A stretch of 64,000 bases of DNA from Oscillospiraceae bacterium (GCA_031261745.1 JAISJC010000083.1:22772-86771); one strand, 5' to 3'; positions 1-9,658 are shown, counted from the first letter of the stretch. The notes: generated by a model not told the origin, from the letters alone. Translations and numbers: made by a program.

Positions 1-115
1 TACGGATTTTCACAGTCGCCGGGGTGCCGTCCTCGTTCTTAAAACGGTCGGACACGATAACCTCCGCTGTGTTTTCCGTATATGTCGGAGAGAGGAATGC
101 CTGTAAACTGCTCAT
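1..115 (-). CDS. Tail assembly chaperone, XkdN-like position (N-terminal part only; gene runs off the window)
   Basis: ATG at 113-115 preceded by SD AAGGAGAA. Begins MSSLQAFLSPTYTENTAEV. Lies directly downstream of the tube gene, as xkdN does in PBSX. Confidence 0.45.
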   Translation of the reverse strand, partial: MSSLQAFLSPTYTENTAEVIVSDRFKNEDGTPATVKIR

Positions 116-130
116 ATTGTTTCTCCTTTT

Positions 131-601
131 TTAGTCGCTGCCGAGTTCGGCAGGGTCATTGAACCGCGAGAGAACCTCGAAACTCGTGAAACTGAACCCA
201 ACGTCCATTGTGAGGGCATCGGTATCCGCGTCGAGCTGCGTAATCGGCAACTTCTGCAACTTCACATTGTAGAAAGCTACCGTTTGCGTTCCGACCGTCG
301 TTGACGGGTCGTTGTTGGTAATTTGCAGCGAGAAGTACGGGAGCCGCCCCGTTTTCAGATACTGCACCAACAAATCGAGGAAGTACGGCGTTCCGTAGTA
401 AATCGTCATCGTACCGTCAAGTTTCACGCCGGTCGTTTTCTTTTGAACGAGGCGGGTACCGACGACTTTGAAATCCGATTCCTCAAACGACGCGTTTGTA
501 TTGAACTTTTTGATGTTGAACATCTCGTGGATAAGACCGTCAATGGTGAGAAAGCCTTTCCCCTCTTTGCCGTTTACGGCATCACGTTCTAACAGAAACA
601 T
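131..601 (-). CDS. Phage tail tube protein (XkdM-like)
   Basis: 156 aa ORF abutting the sheath gene stop. Sequence pattern resembles XkdM/DUF2001 tube proteins, and the sheath-tube order fits. Confidence 0.7.
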   Translation of the reverse strand: MFLLERDAVNGKEGKGFLTIDGLIHEMFNIKKFNTNASFEESDFKVVGTRLVQKKTTGVKLDGTMTIYYGTPYFLDLLVQYLKTGRLPYFSLQITNNDPSTTVGTQTVAFYNVKLQKLPITQLDADTDALTMDVGFSFTSFEVLSRFNDPAELGSD

Positions 602-2035
602 TTATACCGCCTCCTTTTTGACCACAACGGTCATATAGACCTTTTCGACGGAGTCCACGGGCTGAATCGCCACGTTGATAAGAATTGCGTCAACATCGTT
701 GCCCGGCAGCACCTCAATGTCCTCCGCCGCGAAGTCCTTAATCGCGGGCGGCGACATTCCTTGAAGCGTCATTATCTCGGCGATGCACTCCGCTTTGTAG
801 AGGTTGCGTCCGTCGTCGTCATTATTGACCTCGCCGTTGTAATTCTGCGCGAAAATGCGGTACACGTCATTTGCGATTGTGTACAGCACGCGAATCACGC
901 GGTTTTTTGAAAACTCCTTGCCCTTGTCCGGCGAGAACGACGTGTAGGAGTTAATGTCGGTCAAGACTTTCACCGCGTCAAACTCAATGAAGAAAGTGAG
1001 CGAACCCTCGCGGATAGCGTCGTCGAGTTGCGTACCCTTGTACAACGGCACAGCGGCGACGGCATCGGGGTGAATCTTGTTCGTGAGCGACTTGTTGACC
1101 GCTGCGCCCGCTTCCACGCCGCCGACCCACCACGTCGCGTCCTCGGGCGTGAGCGTTTCTCCCGTGTTGAGCGTAAAGCCGTTTTTAACGCTTATGAGCG
1201 TGTCGTGGTCTGCCGCGACATAGTTTGCGACCGTCGCTTGGCAATAACGCCCCTCGCCGTAACTGAGCCGCTTGACGAAGTTGGCGACGCTCGTCTTTGC
1301 GACTTGGTCGGTTCCGTCATAGACAAAATTGTCGAAGCGATAAGGCTCGATTGCATCGAGGGCTTGTGAAATCCCGCTTGCGACGGCATCGCCATCTGCG
1401 CCGCCCGTGAGCGTTGTTCCCGCAGTCGGCGTGAGCGCACTTCCGGCACTTCCCGAAAAAGCAACCCAGTTATTGTTCACGAGATCCCCGATTGTGCCGA
1501 TTTGGTAAGTTTCGTTATCCGTGAAGCTGCCCACGACCTGCGTATCTTGAATCAAGCCGTCAACGACCGTTTCAACGAAAAACACGGTGTACGCGTATGT
1601 CGTATCGTCGCCATCAGAGATGCTAATTTGCGAGTCGAGGTCGGGAGCGATGATTATCGAGATGTCATTTCCGCGCCCGCCTATGTATTTCGCCGTTACC
1701 GTGAGCGACCCTATCGTTGCGGTCGCCGCCGTGCCGCCCGAGGTCGGCAAGCGGTAGACGAGAACCTTTGACGCGCCCGGCGTTTTATTCGTTCCTCTGA
1801 ATGCTTGGCGCAAAAACAGCATCTCGTCGCTCGTAATGTCGTATCCGAGTTTGTCGAACACGTCTTTTGTTGATTCGATAACGGTGATTCCACCGGGAAC
1901 GCCCCAACTTAACGCCTTGGGGCCGGCAACGATTCCGCGCTCACCAATCGACACGAGGCTCGACGGCTTTGACCGGAAATTGATGTACACGCCGGGTTGA
2001 AGTTTGTTTTGAGTTTCCCACGTTCCTCCTGCCAT
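602..2035 (-). CDS. Phage tail sheath protein (XkdK-like)
   Basis: 477 aa. The N-terminus MAGGTWETQNKLQPGVYINF is typical of contractile-tail sheath proteins. Confidence 0.85.
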   Translation of the reverse strand: MAGGTWETQNKLQPGVYINFRSKPSSLVSIGERGIVAGPKALSWGVPGGITVIESTKDVFDKLGYDITSDEMLFLRQAFRGTNKTPGASKVLVYRLPTSGGTAATATIGSLTVTAKYIGGRGNDISIIIAPDLDSQISISDGDDTTYAYTVFFVETVVDGLIQDTQVVGSFTDNETYQIGTIGDLVNNNWVAFSGSAGSALTPTAGTTLTGGADGDAVASGISQALDAIEPYRFDNFVYDGTDQVAKTSVANFVKRLSYGEGRYCQATVANYVAADHDTLISVKNGFTLNTGETLTPEDATWWVGGVEAGAAVNKSLTNKIHPDAVAAVPLYKGTQLDDAIREGSLTFFIEFDAVKVLTDINSYTSFSPDKGKEFSKNRVIRVLYTIANDVYRIFAQNYNGEVNNDDDGRNLYKAECIAEIMTLQGMSPPAIKDFAAEDIEVLPGNDVDAILINVAIQPVDSVEKVYMTVVVKKEAV

Positions 2036-2041
2036 TGTGCA

Positions 2042-2245
2042 TTACCTGCCTTTCTCAAAATAGTTTTTGACAATCTTTTCCGCTTCTTCAACGGTATAGG
2101 AGGGCGCAGTCAGCAACGCCCTCAAGAAGTCTTGCTGATAGTTGGAAAACCGCTTACTCGTAATGAGTTTTGACGTGGGAAAAGAAAAAGCCGACTTCGC
2201 GGCCGGCGTTTGCTTTCTCGCGTCTTCGCTTTTACTGTGCGCCAT
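2042..2245 (-). CDS. Hypothetical small structural-module protein
   Basis: 67 aa ORF packed between neck genes and the sheath gene. It overlaps the upstream gene by 14 nt. Confidence 0.45.
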   Translation of the reverse strand: MAHSKSEDARKQTPAAKSAFSFPTSKLITSKRFSNYQQDFLRALLTAPSYTVEEAEKIVKNYFEKGR

Positions 2246-2732
2246 CTGTTGCTTCCTCCTTGATCGTTTCGGTTAAGCTCTGTATTTCGAGCATTTTCGG
2301 GATCGGCGGCAACTCCCGCGACACTTCCAATTCAACGCGGAACTTGTAATGTAATGCGCCCAAGTCGATACTCCAATCACGGTCGTATGTCCTTATGAAC
2401 GCGAAGTTTTCCACCGTCTCGCCTGTGATTGCGTTTTCTGTGGTATACGGGAACTTGAACAACTCTAAACCGTCGTCGAGGACTTCGGCAGCCGCTTGAT
2501 AGCGGTCGTAAAGATCGACGAGGTCAAAGTCCTCGAGATACACGAGGTCAAAGTTCAGCGTTCGCATATACCGGTTTCCAACCCCTTTTTTAATGCCCGA
2601 AAGAGGTATCGAGTTGATATGCCAACAAGGGGTATCCTCTCCCTGCTGATTGGGGTTGTTGAACACGGTGCGGTTTGGGAACCGCGACACAATAAAATCC
2701 GCGAGAGCAGACTTCACAAGTTGCGCGGTCAC
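2232..2732 (-). CDS. Hypothetical neck/tail-completion protein (XkdJ position)
   Basis: 166 aa ORF, tightly packed in the head-tail joining block. Function is assigned only by position. Confidence 0.45.
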   Translation of the reverse strand: MTAQLVKSALADFIVSRFPNRTVFNNPNQQGEDTPCWHINSIPLSGIKKGVGNRYMRTLNFDLVYLEDFDLVDLYDRYQAAAEVLDDGLELFKFPYTTENAITGETVENFAFIRTYDRDWSIDLGALHYKFRVELEVSRELPPIPKMLEIQSLTETIKEEATDGAQ

Positions 2733-2742
2733 TTCAATCTTA

Positions 2743-3246
2743 TCAATCGCCCATCACCGCCTTAATCTCTATATCCAAGGTTCGCTCGACCTCGTTTTCC
2801 CAAACGAGCGTGGCATATTCCTTAGCGTGAACGCCCGGGACGTACTTCGTCTTTGTTCCGACCATAATGCCGCCCATATCGGGGTCTACCTTTTCAAGCA
2901 AACCGCTGTACGGATTAAGCACCAACCCCGGTACAAAGTGTTTGTCCATTCTGTGGCCGTCGTTCACATAAGACGCGTAATCGACGCTGTTTGCGAGAAC
3001 CGTCGTGTACTCCGCGCCCGTTTTTCGCGGCACGGCGTCGCTGTCTTGCGCCCAATGTGATTGCATTTCGCCCGTCGTCGTGTTCGTCCCCTCGGAAACT
3101 TTTTCATCGGGCGGTGTGTACTCGATTGCGGTTTCAATCGCCCTCATTGTCGCCGCCGTGTGAACCTTTTCGATGACCTCGGGTATACGAACCCCGCGTT
3201 GCCGCAAGACGCTCATTCTTGCCCTTATTTCGTCACCAAACGCCAT
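2743..3246 (-). CDS. HK97 gp10-family head-tail joining protein (XkdI-like)
   Basis: 167 aa. The NSVDYASYVNDGH-type motif and its position after the adaptor genes fit this family. Confidence 0.55.
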   Translation of the reverse strand: MAFGDEIRARMSVLRQRGVRIPEVIEKVHTAATMRAIETAIEYTPPDEKVSEGTNTTTGEMQSHWAQDSDAVPRKTGAEYTTVLANSVDYASYVNDGHRMDKHFVPGLVLNPYSGLLEKVDPDMGGIMVGTKTKYVPGVHAKEYATLVWENEVERTLDIEIKAVMGD

Positions 3247-3255
3247 ATTGTCACC

Positions 3256-3654
3256 TCATTTTGCCCGCTGCGTGGAGCTTATCGGAACCTGCTGATGCGC
3301 CATTCCGGGGAGAACGCCGCCAAACGGCTCAAAGTAGTTATCGGGCTGTCCCGCATAGTAGACCTCGGTCGAAGTTTTACCGAGCGCACCTCCGCGCGTT
3401 ATGTGCAGTTCGTCGCCCGGAATAATGTCAACGCCATTGTCACACGCAAGCATCGTTGAGGGGTTGTACTCGGCGGCAGTCACCGTCATTTTGAGCTGAC
3501 TCGCCGATTTCTGATACACCCTGCACGGTATCGCTGTTTGTATCTCGTCACGCCTTTGTTTTGTGAGGTTACCCTCCTTGTACGGCGTGTTTCGGTAAAT
3601 CGACATCAAGTCGGTATACCAAAGGTTTTTGGGGCTTTCAAGCATACTCATCAC
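3256..3654 (-). CDS. Head closure / head-tail adaptor protein
   Basis: 132 aa ORF between the DUF4054-like gene and the gp10-like gene. Size and position fit SPP1 gp16-type adaptors. Confidence 0.45.
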   Translation of the reverse strand: MMSMLESPKNLWYTDLMSIYRNTPYKEGNLTKQRRDEIQTAIPCRVYQKSASQLKMTVTAAEYNPSTMLACDNGVDIIPGDELHITRGGALGKTSTEVYYAGQPDNYFEPFGGVLPGMAHQQVPISSTQRAK

Positions 3655-3655
3655 C

Positions 3656-4183
3656 TCAAATTACATAGGTGCCGCCCATAGCGACAAGACGCGCTTCGGT
3701 AACGAGTAGTTGCCCGTATGTTGTACCGTTCCAAGCACCCCATAACTCCGTTGCCGCCGTCACCGCTTTTGTGTCATATGACACGGAAGCGTCGCCGAGC
3801 GAAGCCGAGGCGACCACGCCGAGAACGGATCCCGTGTTCGCTGCCGCCGCCGCGTTCGGTGAGTTTTCGGCATAGGTTCGCAAATAGAGCGTTGCGTAAT
3901 GGGCAACGAAAAGCCCCATTGCGTAACTCCATTTTTCAAACCACCTATTCTCTTGAATTGCGGCATTCGCCATCGAAATGAACGAGTCGAGCATCATCTG
4001 AGGGATTAGGCTCTCGCTTGTGTACGTCGGCGGGTCTGTCGGCGGCAGCACTTCCACCTTTTTCGTGAACTGTGGAAACGCCTCCGAGAACATTTCGGCG
4101 GTATATTCTGTCGTGTTCGGGCTAACGAGATTTGACGCGTTAGCCCGTAACCCGAGAAACTGTGAAAGGCTGATTCCGCTCAT
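3656..4183 (-). CDS. Head-tail connector protein (DUF4054-like)
   Basis: 175 aa, second gene downstream of the capsid gene. N-terminal pattern ...EMFSEAFPQFT... resembles DUF4054. Confidence 0.5.
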   Translation of the reverse strand: MSGISLSQFLGLRANASNLVSPNTTEYTAEMFSEAFPQFTKKVEVLPPTDPPTYTSESLIPQMMLDSFISMANAAIQENRWFEKWSYAMGLFVAHYATLYLRTYAENSPNAAAAANTGSVLGVVASASLGDASVSYDTKAVTAATELWGAWNGTTYGQLLVTEARLVAMGGTYVI

Positions 4184-4203
4184 AACGCACTACCCCTTAT
4201 TCT

Positions 4204-4659
4204 TTACTCGGCATTTGCCGCGAGAACAGTTTGTTCCGCTTCCTTTTCGGCTGCCGCTTTGAGTTCGGCGGTCTGGGCAACATCAAACCCTTTTTCGGCG
4301 GCTTCTTGCTCTGCGGCGATGCGGGCAGCTTCGACAGCCTCGTCAACCTTGCGTTTGAGTTCGGCGACTTTTTCGGCCGCTTCCTTTTCGGCTGCCGCTT
4401 TGAGTTCGGCGGCTTCGAGGTCATCGTCTTTCGTTGACACGATTGAGGTGATGTTGCCCGCCGTGCAGTGCGCCTTGAAATACCAGTGGCTCTGCACCCA
4501 CTTCGGAACGGAGCCGATATACCCGTTGGGGATTTCAAACTTCGTTTTTCCGTCGTCGGCAACAATCACAATGTTCTGTCTGCTCGTAATGAACAGATTA
4601 CCGTTTCCGGCAGAAACGGCGACCGCAGGAGCGGTCGCCGCCTTTTTTTGATTAGACAT
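4204..4659 (-). CDS. Ala/Glu/Lys-rich repeat protein (possible head decoration or scaffold accessory)
   Basis: 151 aa. C-terminal AELKAAAEKEA repeats are encoded by a perfect 36-bp direct repeat. Lies directly downstream of the capsid gene. Confidence 0.5.
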   Translation of the reverse strand: MSNQKKAATAPAVAVSAGNGNLFITSRQNIVIVADDGKTKFEIPNGYIGSVPKWVQSHWYFKAHCTAGNITSIVSTKDDDLEAAELKAAAEKEAAEKVAELKRKVDEAVEAARIAAEQEAAEKGFDVAQTAELKAAAEKEAEQTVLAANAE

Positions 4660-4668
4660 ATTGCCCTC

Positions 4669-5679
4669 CTAAATCCCGTCGCGGTAAGCGATGGGCTGCG
4701 TATAGAACACCTCAACCTCGGAGATGTTCGCCGCGTAGATGGTATCATACGCGAACGCGTCCGTGTTCGGAGACGTCATCGAGCGCATAAGCGGCACGAG
4801 TTCATCAAGGCCGAGGAACTTGCGGTCGTTCCGATACACGACAAGGCGGTCGGTGTTCGCCGCGCCGGTTCCTTTGCAGTACGCAGTCGCGCCGATGAAC
4901 AGGTCTGAACCGTTTTTCCGTGCGATGTTGTTCTCCTCAAGGAAAGTCAGAATCGTTTTCTCGGCAAGCGGGGAAACTTTCTGAGTTGCGATATAGCTAT
5001 ACTGCTCATAAGGCATAAGCGCGTGGTTTGGAATCGCGGAGCGGTCATATGCAGATGCCGCCCACGCAGCCACAATCGCGCTGTTGATGTCCGCGAGTAT
5101 CTCGTCAGCGGTCTTGCCCTCGAATTGAGTGCTACCGCTGTCGCCCGTCGCGGCATTTTGCGCGGTTACAAACGGATTGTTGAGCAAGCCGGACGTGCCG
5201 TAGCGGGCGAACCCGACGTACACGTTGGCGTCCATATGCTTATCGTAAGCGATACGAATGCCGTCCGTGAGCAAGTCCTCAAGCGAACGCCCCGCGAAGT
5301 TCTCGCGCTGTGCATCAATCCAACCCACGCGGAGCGCGATGTTGAATATATGCGCCTTGTAGATGTCGTCTTCAAGGTTCGCTTGTACGACGGGGATCCC
5401 GTTCGCGCCGCCCGCAGAGATAACGCCGTCGTTGGAGCCGCCCGTAACGCCAAAGTCGATGTTCATAGCGTTGATGTTTTTCGCCCAACCGCCGCCGACC
5501 TTGATGTCGATGTCACGCTGATAGGTTGTGCTGTTGAGCGGCTCACGAATAAGCGTGTCGCGTTTTGCGAGTTCGCTCGTCAGAAAAGCCTGTCCCGAGC
5601 GGATTGCCGAATCACGCATACTGATAGGGCGGCCTTTCTGCCCGGCAACTCCCGCGTCGTATGTACCAACATTTTTCAT
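4669..5679 (-). CDS. Major capsid protein (DUF2184-like)
   Basis: ATG 5679 preceded by SD AAGGAGGA; 336 aa. Follows a DUF2213-type scaffold gene, as DUF2184 capsid genes do. Confidence 0.8.
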   Translation of the reverse strand: MKNVGTYDAGVAGQKGRPISMRDSAIRSGQAFLTSELAKRDTLIREPLNSTTYQRDIDIKVGGGWAKNINAMNIDFGVTGGSNDGVISAGGANGIPVVQANLEDDIYKAHIFNIALRVGWIDAQRENFAGRSLEDLLTDGIRIAYDKHMDANVYVGFARYGTSGLLNNPFVTAQNAATGDSGSTQFEGKTADEILADINSAIVAAWAASAYDRSAIPNHALMPYEQYSYIATQKVSPLAEKTILTFLEENNIARKNGSDLFIGATAYCKGTGAANTDRLVVYRNDRKFLGLDELVPLMRSMTSPNTDAFAYDTIYAANISEVEVFYTQPIAYRDGI

Positions 5680-5692
5680 TTCAATATCCTCC

Positions 5693-6199
5693 TTATGCGT
5701 TCGCGCGGGTGAGCAGCACAAGCTCCGCGACACCATTGGCATCGGGTTTGCCGCCCCACTGCGCGTTGGGAATCAAGACGTTGTTTGCGCCGTCCGCTGT
5801 CGCTTCAAAATCACCGATCTTTTTCGGTGTGTTATCGGTGATGCGGACATAGACCTTGCCGTTCGGTACGGCATCGAGAAGCGGATTAAGCACGTTAATG
5901 CTTCCGCGCTGAAAAACCGACACGGCTTCGTTCGGCGCGTACTCGCCGCCGCCGTTTTGGTCGAGATAGTCGGTCGCAGAGGTCACTTCAAACGACGCAA
6001 TTCCCTCGAACAGGGCGGCTGTCAGCGTCGCGTCGGCACTTTTCACGCCGCCTGTGGCTCCGTCAGCGAGGAGCGCGGTGCCGAACTTGATTTTTGTTGT
6101 CCCCGTATTGGGGCGGCTCTGAATAATCATATCCGGCTGCCGCGCGTAGCTTCCGGCGAAACCGTTATTCATTACGAGACCGATGACTTTTCCGGGCAT
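5693..6199 (-). CDS. Structural protein between scaffold and capsid genes (possible decoration protein)
   Basis: ATG 6199 preceded by SD GGAGGAGAA; 168 aa, begins MPGKVIGLVMNNGFAG. The upstream part of the tracked ORF overlaps the scaffold gene and is Arg-rich. Confidence 0.5.
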   Translation of the reverse strand: MPGKVIGLVMNNGFAGSYARQPDMIIQSRPNTGTTKIKFGTALLADGATGGVKSADATLTAALFEGIASFEVTSATDYLDQNGGGEYAPNEAVSVFQRGSINVLNPLLDAVPNGKVYVRITDNTPKKIGDFEATADGANNVLIPNAQWGGKPDANGVAELVLLTRANA

Positions 6200-6200
6200 A

Positions 6201-7472
6201 TTATTTCTCCTCCTTTTTCTTGTGCGGATTATGCTTGTCATAAGCCGCCTGTTGCGCTTCAATGATTGCCGATTCGGACATCTCACCGGAATCGCGCACG
6301 TTCTTTTTCGCCGTGCTGTGCGTGGTTTCAAGGACACCCGCATACGACGAATTGAGCGACTTTCTGATTGACGCAGAGAGTGCGTCCGTCACGCGCTTGC
6401 GCTCTTTCGGGTCTGCGATTGCCGCGATCGCCGGACGCGCATTTTTGATTATGCGAATCGCCGCGTCTGCGGTAATCTCCGAGACCTCGTCATCATCGAG
6501 TGCGCTTGCCGACACGGTGACGGCTTCCTCTTGCTCGGTCGGGCTTTCGCCGTCGTCGCCCGTTTCGAGTTCACCGAGCAACTTGTCGATAGCGTCCTCT
6601 TTCTGCTCGGCCGCCGCTTCCTCAACGGCAGCGGGCAGTTCGTCGGGCGTTTTTGCCGCCGACAGCGCGTCAATCTTTGCTGTCAACGCGGTGATTGCTC
6701 CGAGGAGAGCATCAAGTGCGCCGCCCTTGGCGGGGTCGCAGTCCTTGACTTCCTCTTTTGCGGCGGGCGCGGGTGCTGTTTCCTCTGCGGTGAGTTTCTC
6801 GACCGTTTCGGCAGCGTCTTGAACAAGCTCGTCGATTTCGTCCGGCTTTGCATCGCGGACGCTTTTCGCAAAAATGTTCAAGAACCCGCTTGTCTTCGTG
6901 GGTTTACTCATTTTTCGTGTTCTCCTTTCGATTTTTGTTGGTAGTTCGTCTTTTATTGAAACACTTTTACCCGCGCGTCCGTTATCAACGAGCGCGACGT
7001 GGTTACCGCGTATCTCAATCTGTGAAAATGTGCCGTCCTCGTTCAGTGTGTACTGCGCCGTGTACCCCGAGGACACCTCGCGTTTTCCCTCCTCAATGTC
7101 GGAGATGGCGCGGGGATCCGTAAAGAACAGATCCGCAACAATTTTGTCGCTGTCCTTATCCGCGCCGCGCCGCACATTCTGAACGTGTCCGACCGCATAT
7201 GTGGCATAGTTCAGCGGCTCAACATCTTTCGGTGGGTGTTCGTTTGTTGTGGGTTTCCCCTCAAACGAAGCAAGAACGGCGAGGTCAAAAATATTGTCGC
7301 CACGAATGACCGTGACGACTTCGTTCGGGGAATCCTCTAACCCGATTTCGCCCCGCAGATATTCCATAGTGCCTGTGCGCCCAATCGGTACGTTCTTGCA
7401 AATGAGAAATCCCTCGGGAGTCTTAACCATATTCGGCGATATGCGGTCGCCATAATAAGCAAGTTGTGCCAT
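6201..7472 (-). CDS. XkdF-like DUF2213 prohead scaffold/protease protein
   Basis: 423 aa. N-terminus MAQLAYYGDRISPNMVKTPEGFLICKNVPIGRTGTMEY is typical of DUF2213/XkdF. The C-terminal half is Ala/Glu-rich low-complexity sequence. Confidence 0.7.
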   Translation of the reverse strand: MAQLAYYGDRISPNMVKTPEGFLICKNVPIGRTGTMEYLRGEIGLEDSPNEVVTVIRGDNIFDLAVLASFEGKPTTNEHPPKDVEPLNYATYAVGHVQNVRRGADKDSDKIVADLFFTDPRAISDIEEGKREVSSGYTAQYTLNEDGTFSQIEIRGNHVALVDNGRAGKSVSIKDELPTKIERRTRKMSKPTKTSGFLNIFAKSVRDAKPDEIDELVQDAAETVEKLTAEETAPAPAAKEEVKDCDPAKGGALDALLGAITALTAKIDALSAAKTPDELPAAVEEAAAEQKEDAIDKLLGELETGDDGESPTEQEEAVTVSASALDDDEVSEITADAAIRIIKNARPAIAAIADPKERKRVTDALSASIRKSLNSSYAGVLETTHSTAKKNVRDSGEMSESAIIEAQQAAYDKHNPHKKKEEK

Positions 7473-8155
7473 CAGCTCACCTCAACCCAACTTAGCACTC
7501 CGTCAACAGCTTCGAGCCTAACCGTCCCGTTCAGCGGTGGAGTCGGAATAACAAGCCCCTCCTTGTCGGTCATTGCCACAAAATGCTCTGAAAGGTCGGC
7601 TCTCCAAACTGTCGGCGTTTTGTTGGAGCGTATCCGCGTCTGATTCTGCGTGTCTCCGAATTTCTCCGTGTACGGTGCGCCCTCCTCTCCGTCCGGCAGC
7701 GTTATTTGACCGCCTATTGCAAGAAAGTCGGGGTATTGCTCCCCTGCGAGTGCGAGACCGAGTTCAAAATCGCCCGTGTCGGGGTTGGCCTCCGGTATCT
7801 CGATGGAGTAGTCGCCCGCTGCCGCGTCGTAAAAGGTTAAGACGTTTCCTTGCAGCGGCACTGTCTTACCCGCGCCGTTGACGATTGTTGCGTCGCCACC
7901 CCCACCGCTCGATCCTGTTTTCCTCGTCCATACGGAGCCGTCCGACTTCAAATACTTCGTGGGTTCAACAGGGGCTTTCCCCCACAAAGCGGCTCGTCCC
8001 ACATCGGGCGGTAGCACCTGCGTACCGTTATCGTCGCTCTCGTTGGGAATGCTGTCCCAAATCGAGCCGTCCGGCGCAAGGTATTTAAGGGGCGCGAGGT
8101 TTATAGCGGCGTACAGTTTCGCCCGACCCCCGTCGGGAGGTAATATCTGTCCCAT
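7472..8155 (-). CDS. Hypothetical head-module protein with N-terminal tandem repeat
   Basis: 227 aa, with two copies of LPPD(G/V)GRA..L......P.KYL..DGS.W. ATGA-type overlap with the downstream gene. Confidence 0.5.
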   Translation of the reverse strand: MGQILPPDGGRAKLYAAINLAPLKYLAPDGSIWDSIPNESDDNGTQVLPPDVGRAALWGKAPVEPTKYLKSDGSVWTRKTGSSGGGGDATIVNGAGKTVPLQGNVLTFYDAAAGDYSIEIPEANPDTGDFELGLALAGEQYPDFLAIGGQITLPDGEEGAPYTEKFGDTQNQTRIRSNKTPTVWRADLSEHFVAMTDKEGLVIPTPPLNGTVRLEAVDGVLSWVEVS

Positions 8156-8175
8156 ATGTAGTGTCCTCCGTTCTG

Positions 8176-8427
8176 TTAATTTGTCGGCGAAAATGCTTCT
8201 TCCGGCGCAGCGGCAAGAACGCCAGTGAGTGCCTCAATGAGTAAATCCGTGTAAATCTTGATATGGTCGTTCTCGTCCATAAAGATTTCAATGAGTTTCG
8301 GCATTTTCTCTCGCGGAGCCGTCGCCATCGTCATCATAACGATTTGCATTGCAGACGCTTCCTCGTCAATCGCAATGTACAACGCCTTTATGTATTCTTG
8401 GAGTTCCTCGGGTTTCATCCTGTTCAC
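8176..8427 (-). CDS. Hypothetical small protein
   Basis: 83 aa ORF abutting the MuF gene stop. Confidence 0.45.
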   Translation of the reverse strand: MNRMKPEELQEYIKALYIAIDEEASAMQIVMMTMATAPREKMPKLIEIFMDENDHIKIYTDLLIEALTGVLAAAPEEAFSPTN

Positions 8428-9647
8428 TATCCTTTCGCGGCAGCCGTAATGGCTTTATTTTGTTGACGGTATAGTCGCTGCAACTCGGTATACTTATCGC
8501 TCCCCGCGAGTTTGTGCTTTTGGAACGTCTGAAAGGTCTTCGGAGCCTTATCGCCAAGAACTGTTTGATACCGTTTGAACTGCTCAAAGTCGTTCAGCAT
8601 CTTTGTCCGTGCGGCTTCCTTTTCGCGGTAGGCTTTGCGCTGTGCTTCCGAGCGCGGGTCAACGTCCGGCGGGTTATCCTCGAAACTGCTGAATTTCCGG
8701 GTTTCCTCGATTTCCTTTTCGGAGCGGTAATCCTCTGTGTACGGTATCAAGGTGTGCTTGCAGTTCGGGTGAATGTTCAAGTATGAGTTATCGAGCGAGT
8801 TCGGGCCGGCAGCGTCTACTTTCCCAAATGCTGACGAGAGCGGCGGGTAGTTCGGGTTCTCGCCGCTCCGGCTGTACACACGCCCCTCGAAAGGAGCGCA
8901 TATAGGACACGTTGAAGCGTGAGAGCTTATCTTGTAGAGGTCGTGTTCGGGAAATGCGAATAACGCGCCGAGGTTCGTGGACTGTCGGCTCGTCGTGCGT
9001 GTCGCCATATTCGCATAGTTGCTCAAACTCCAATTCCGACCGCTTTTATCTGTGAACGCCGTCACGCCCTGTTTCTCCATATCCTCGAGGAATATAGCCT
9101 TTGCTTTCGACAGTCCCAAACCGGACGCTTCGCTCGTCGCTACTGCCTCTCCAATGGACGTTCGGAACAGGTCGTCGCTGCGTCTGCCGAGCGTCACCGA
9201 CTGCGCCCACGTTTTATGAATATTGCTATTCGTGGTGTTTACGGCTTCGGTAAGCGTTCCCAACAGGTTAGCCGACAGCTTGTCAATCAAGGCGCGTTCG
9301 GAGATTGCCATCGCGGACGCGGCAGAGTAGCCCGATGTGTGTTTTGCTATTTGCTCGGCGGTCGATAACCCCTCTATGTTGCGGTAATCTCCGAGTTTGC
9401 CGAGGTAATACTGACGCTCAACAGCCGCAGGGACATAGTCGCCCGCTTCGTTCAGCGCGTCACGAAGTATACGCTGAACGCGTTCGAGTGCGGCTTCTTG
9501 CGAATAATCCACAAGCCCGCGTGAGCGTTTGTATTGCAGCTCCCGAATAATGTCCTGTTCCGCTTTACGGAATATCTGCTCGATTTTCAGCGATTCGGGA
9601 GAGTACCCTGCTGTATTGACTTTTTTCGGTTTCACAGGCGTTGCCAT
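8427..9647 (-). CDS. Minor head protein, Mu F / SPP1 gp7 family
   Basis: ATG 9647 preceded by SD AGAGGAGAAG; 406 aa. Signature ...STCPICAPFEGRVY...HPNCKHTLIPY. Follows the portal gene. Confidence 0.85.
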   Translation of the reverse strand: MATPVKPKKVNTAGYSPESLKIEQIFRKAEQDIIRELQYKRSRGLVDYSQEAALERVQRILRDALNEAGDYVPAAVERQYYLGKLGDYRNIEGLSTAEQIAKHTSGYSAASAMAISERALIDKLSANLLGTLTEAVNTTNSNIHKTWAQSVTLGRRSDDLFRTSIGEAVATSEASGLGLSKAKAIFLEDMEKQGVTAFTDKSGRNWSLSNYANMATRTTSRQSTNLGALFAFPEHDLYKISSHASTCPICAPFEGRVYSRSGENPNYPPLSSAFGKVDAAGPNSLDNSYLNIHPNCKHTLIPYTEDYRSEKEIEETRKFSSFEDNPPDVDPRSEAQRKAYREKEAARTKMLNDFEQFKRYQTVLGDKAPKTFQTFQKHKLAGSDKYTELQRLYRQQNKAITAAAKG

Positions 9648-9658
9648 AGCTTCTCCTC

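Noticed and set aside
4197-4565. Alternative-frame 122-aa ORF with PKRKRPKK repeats
   Set aside because: It is generated by the same 36-bp repeat read in another frame and lies entirely inside the better-supported 4204-4659 ORF.
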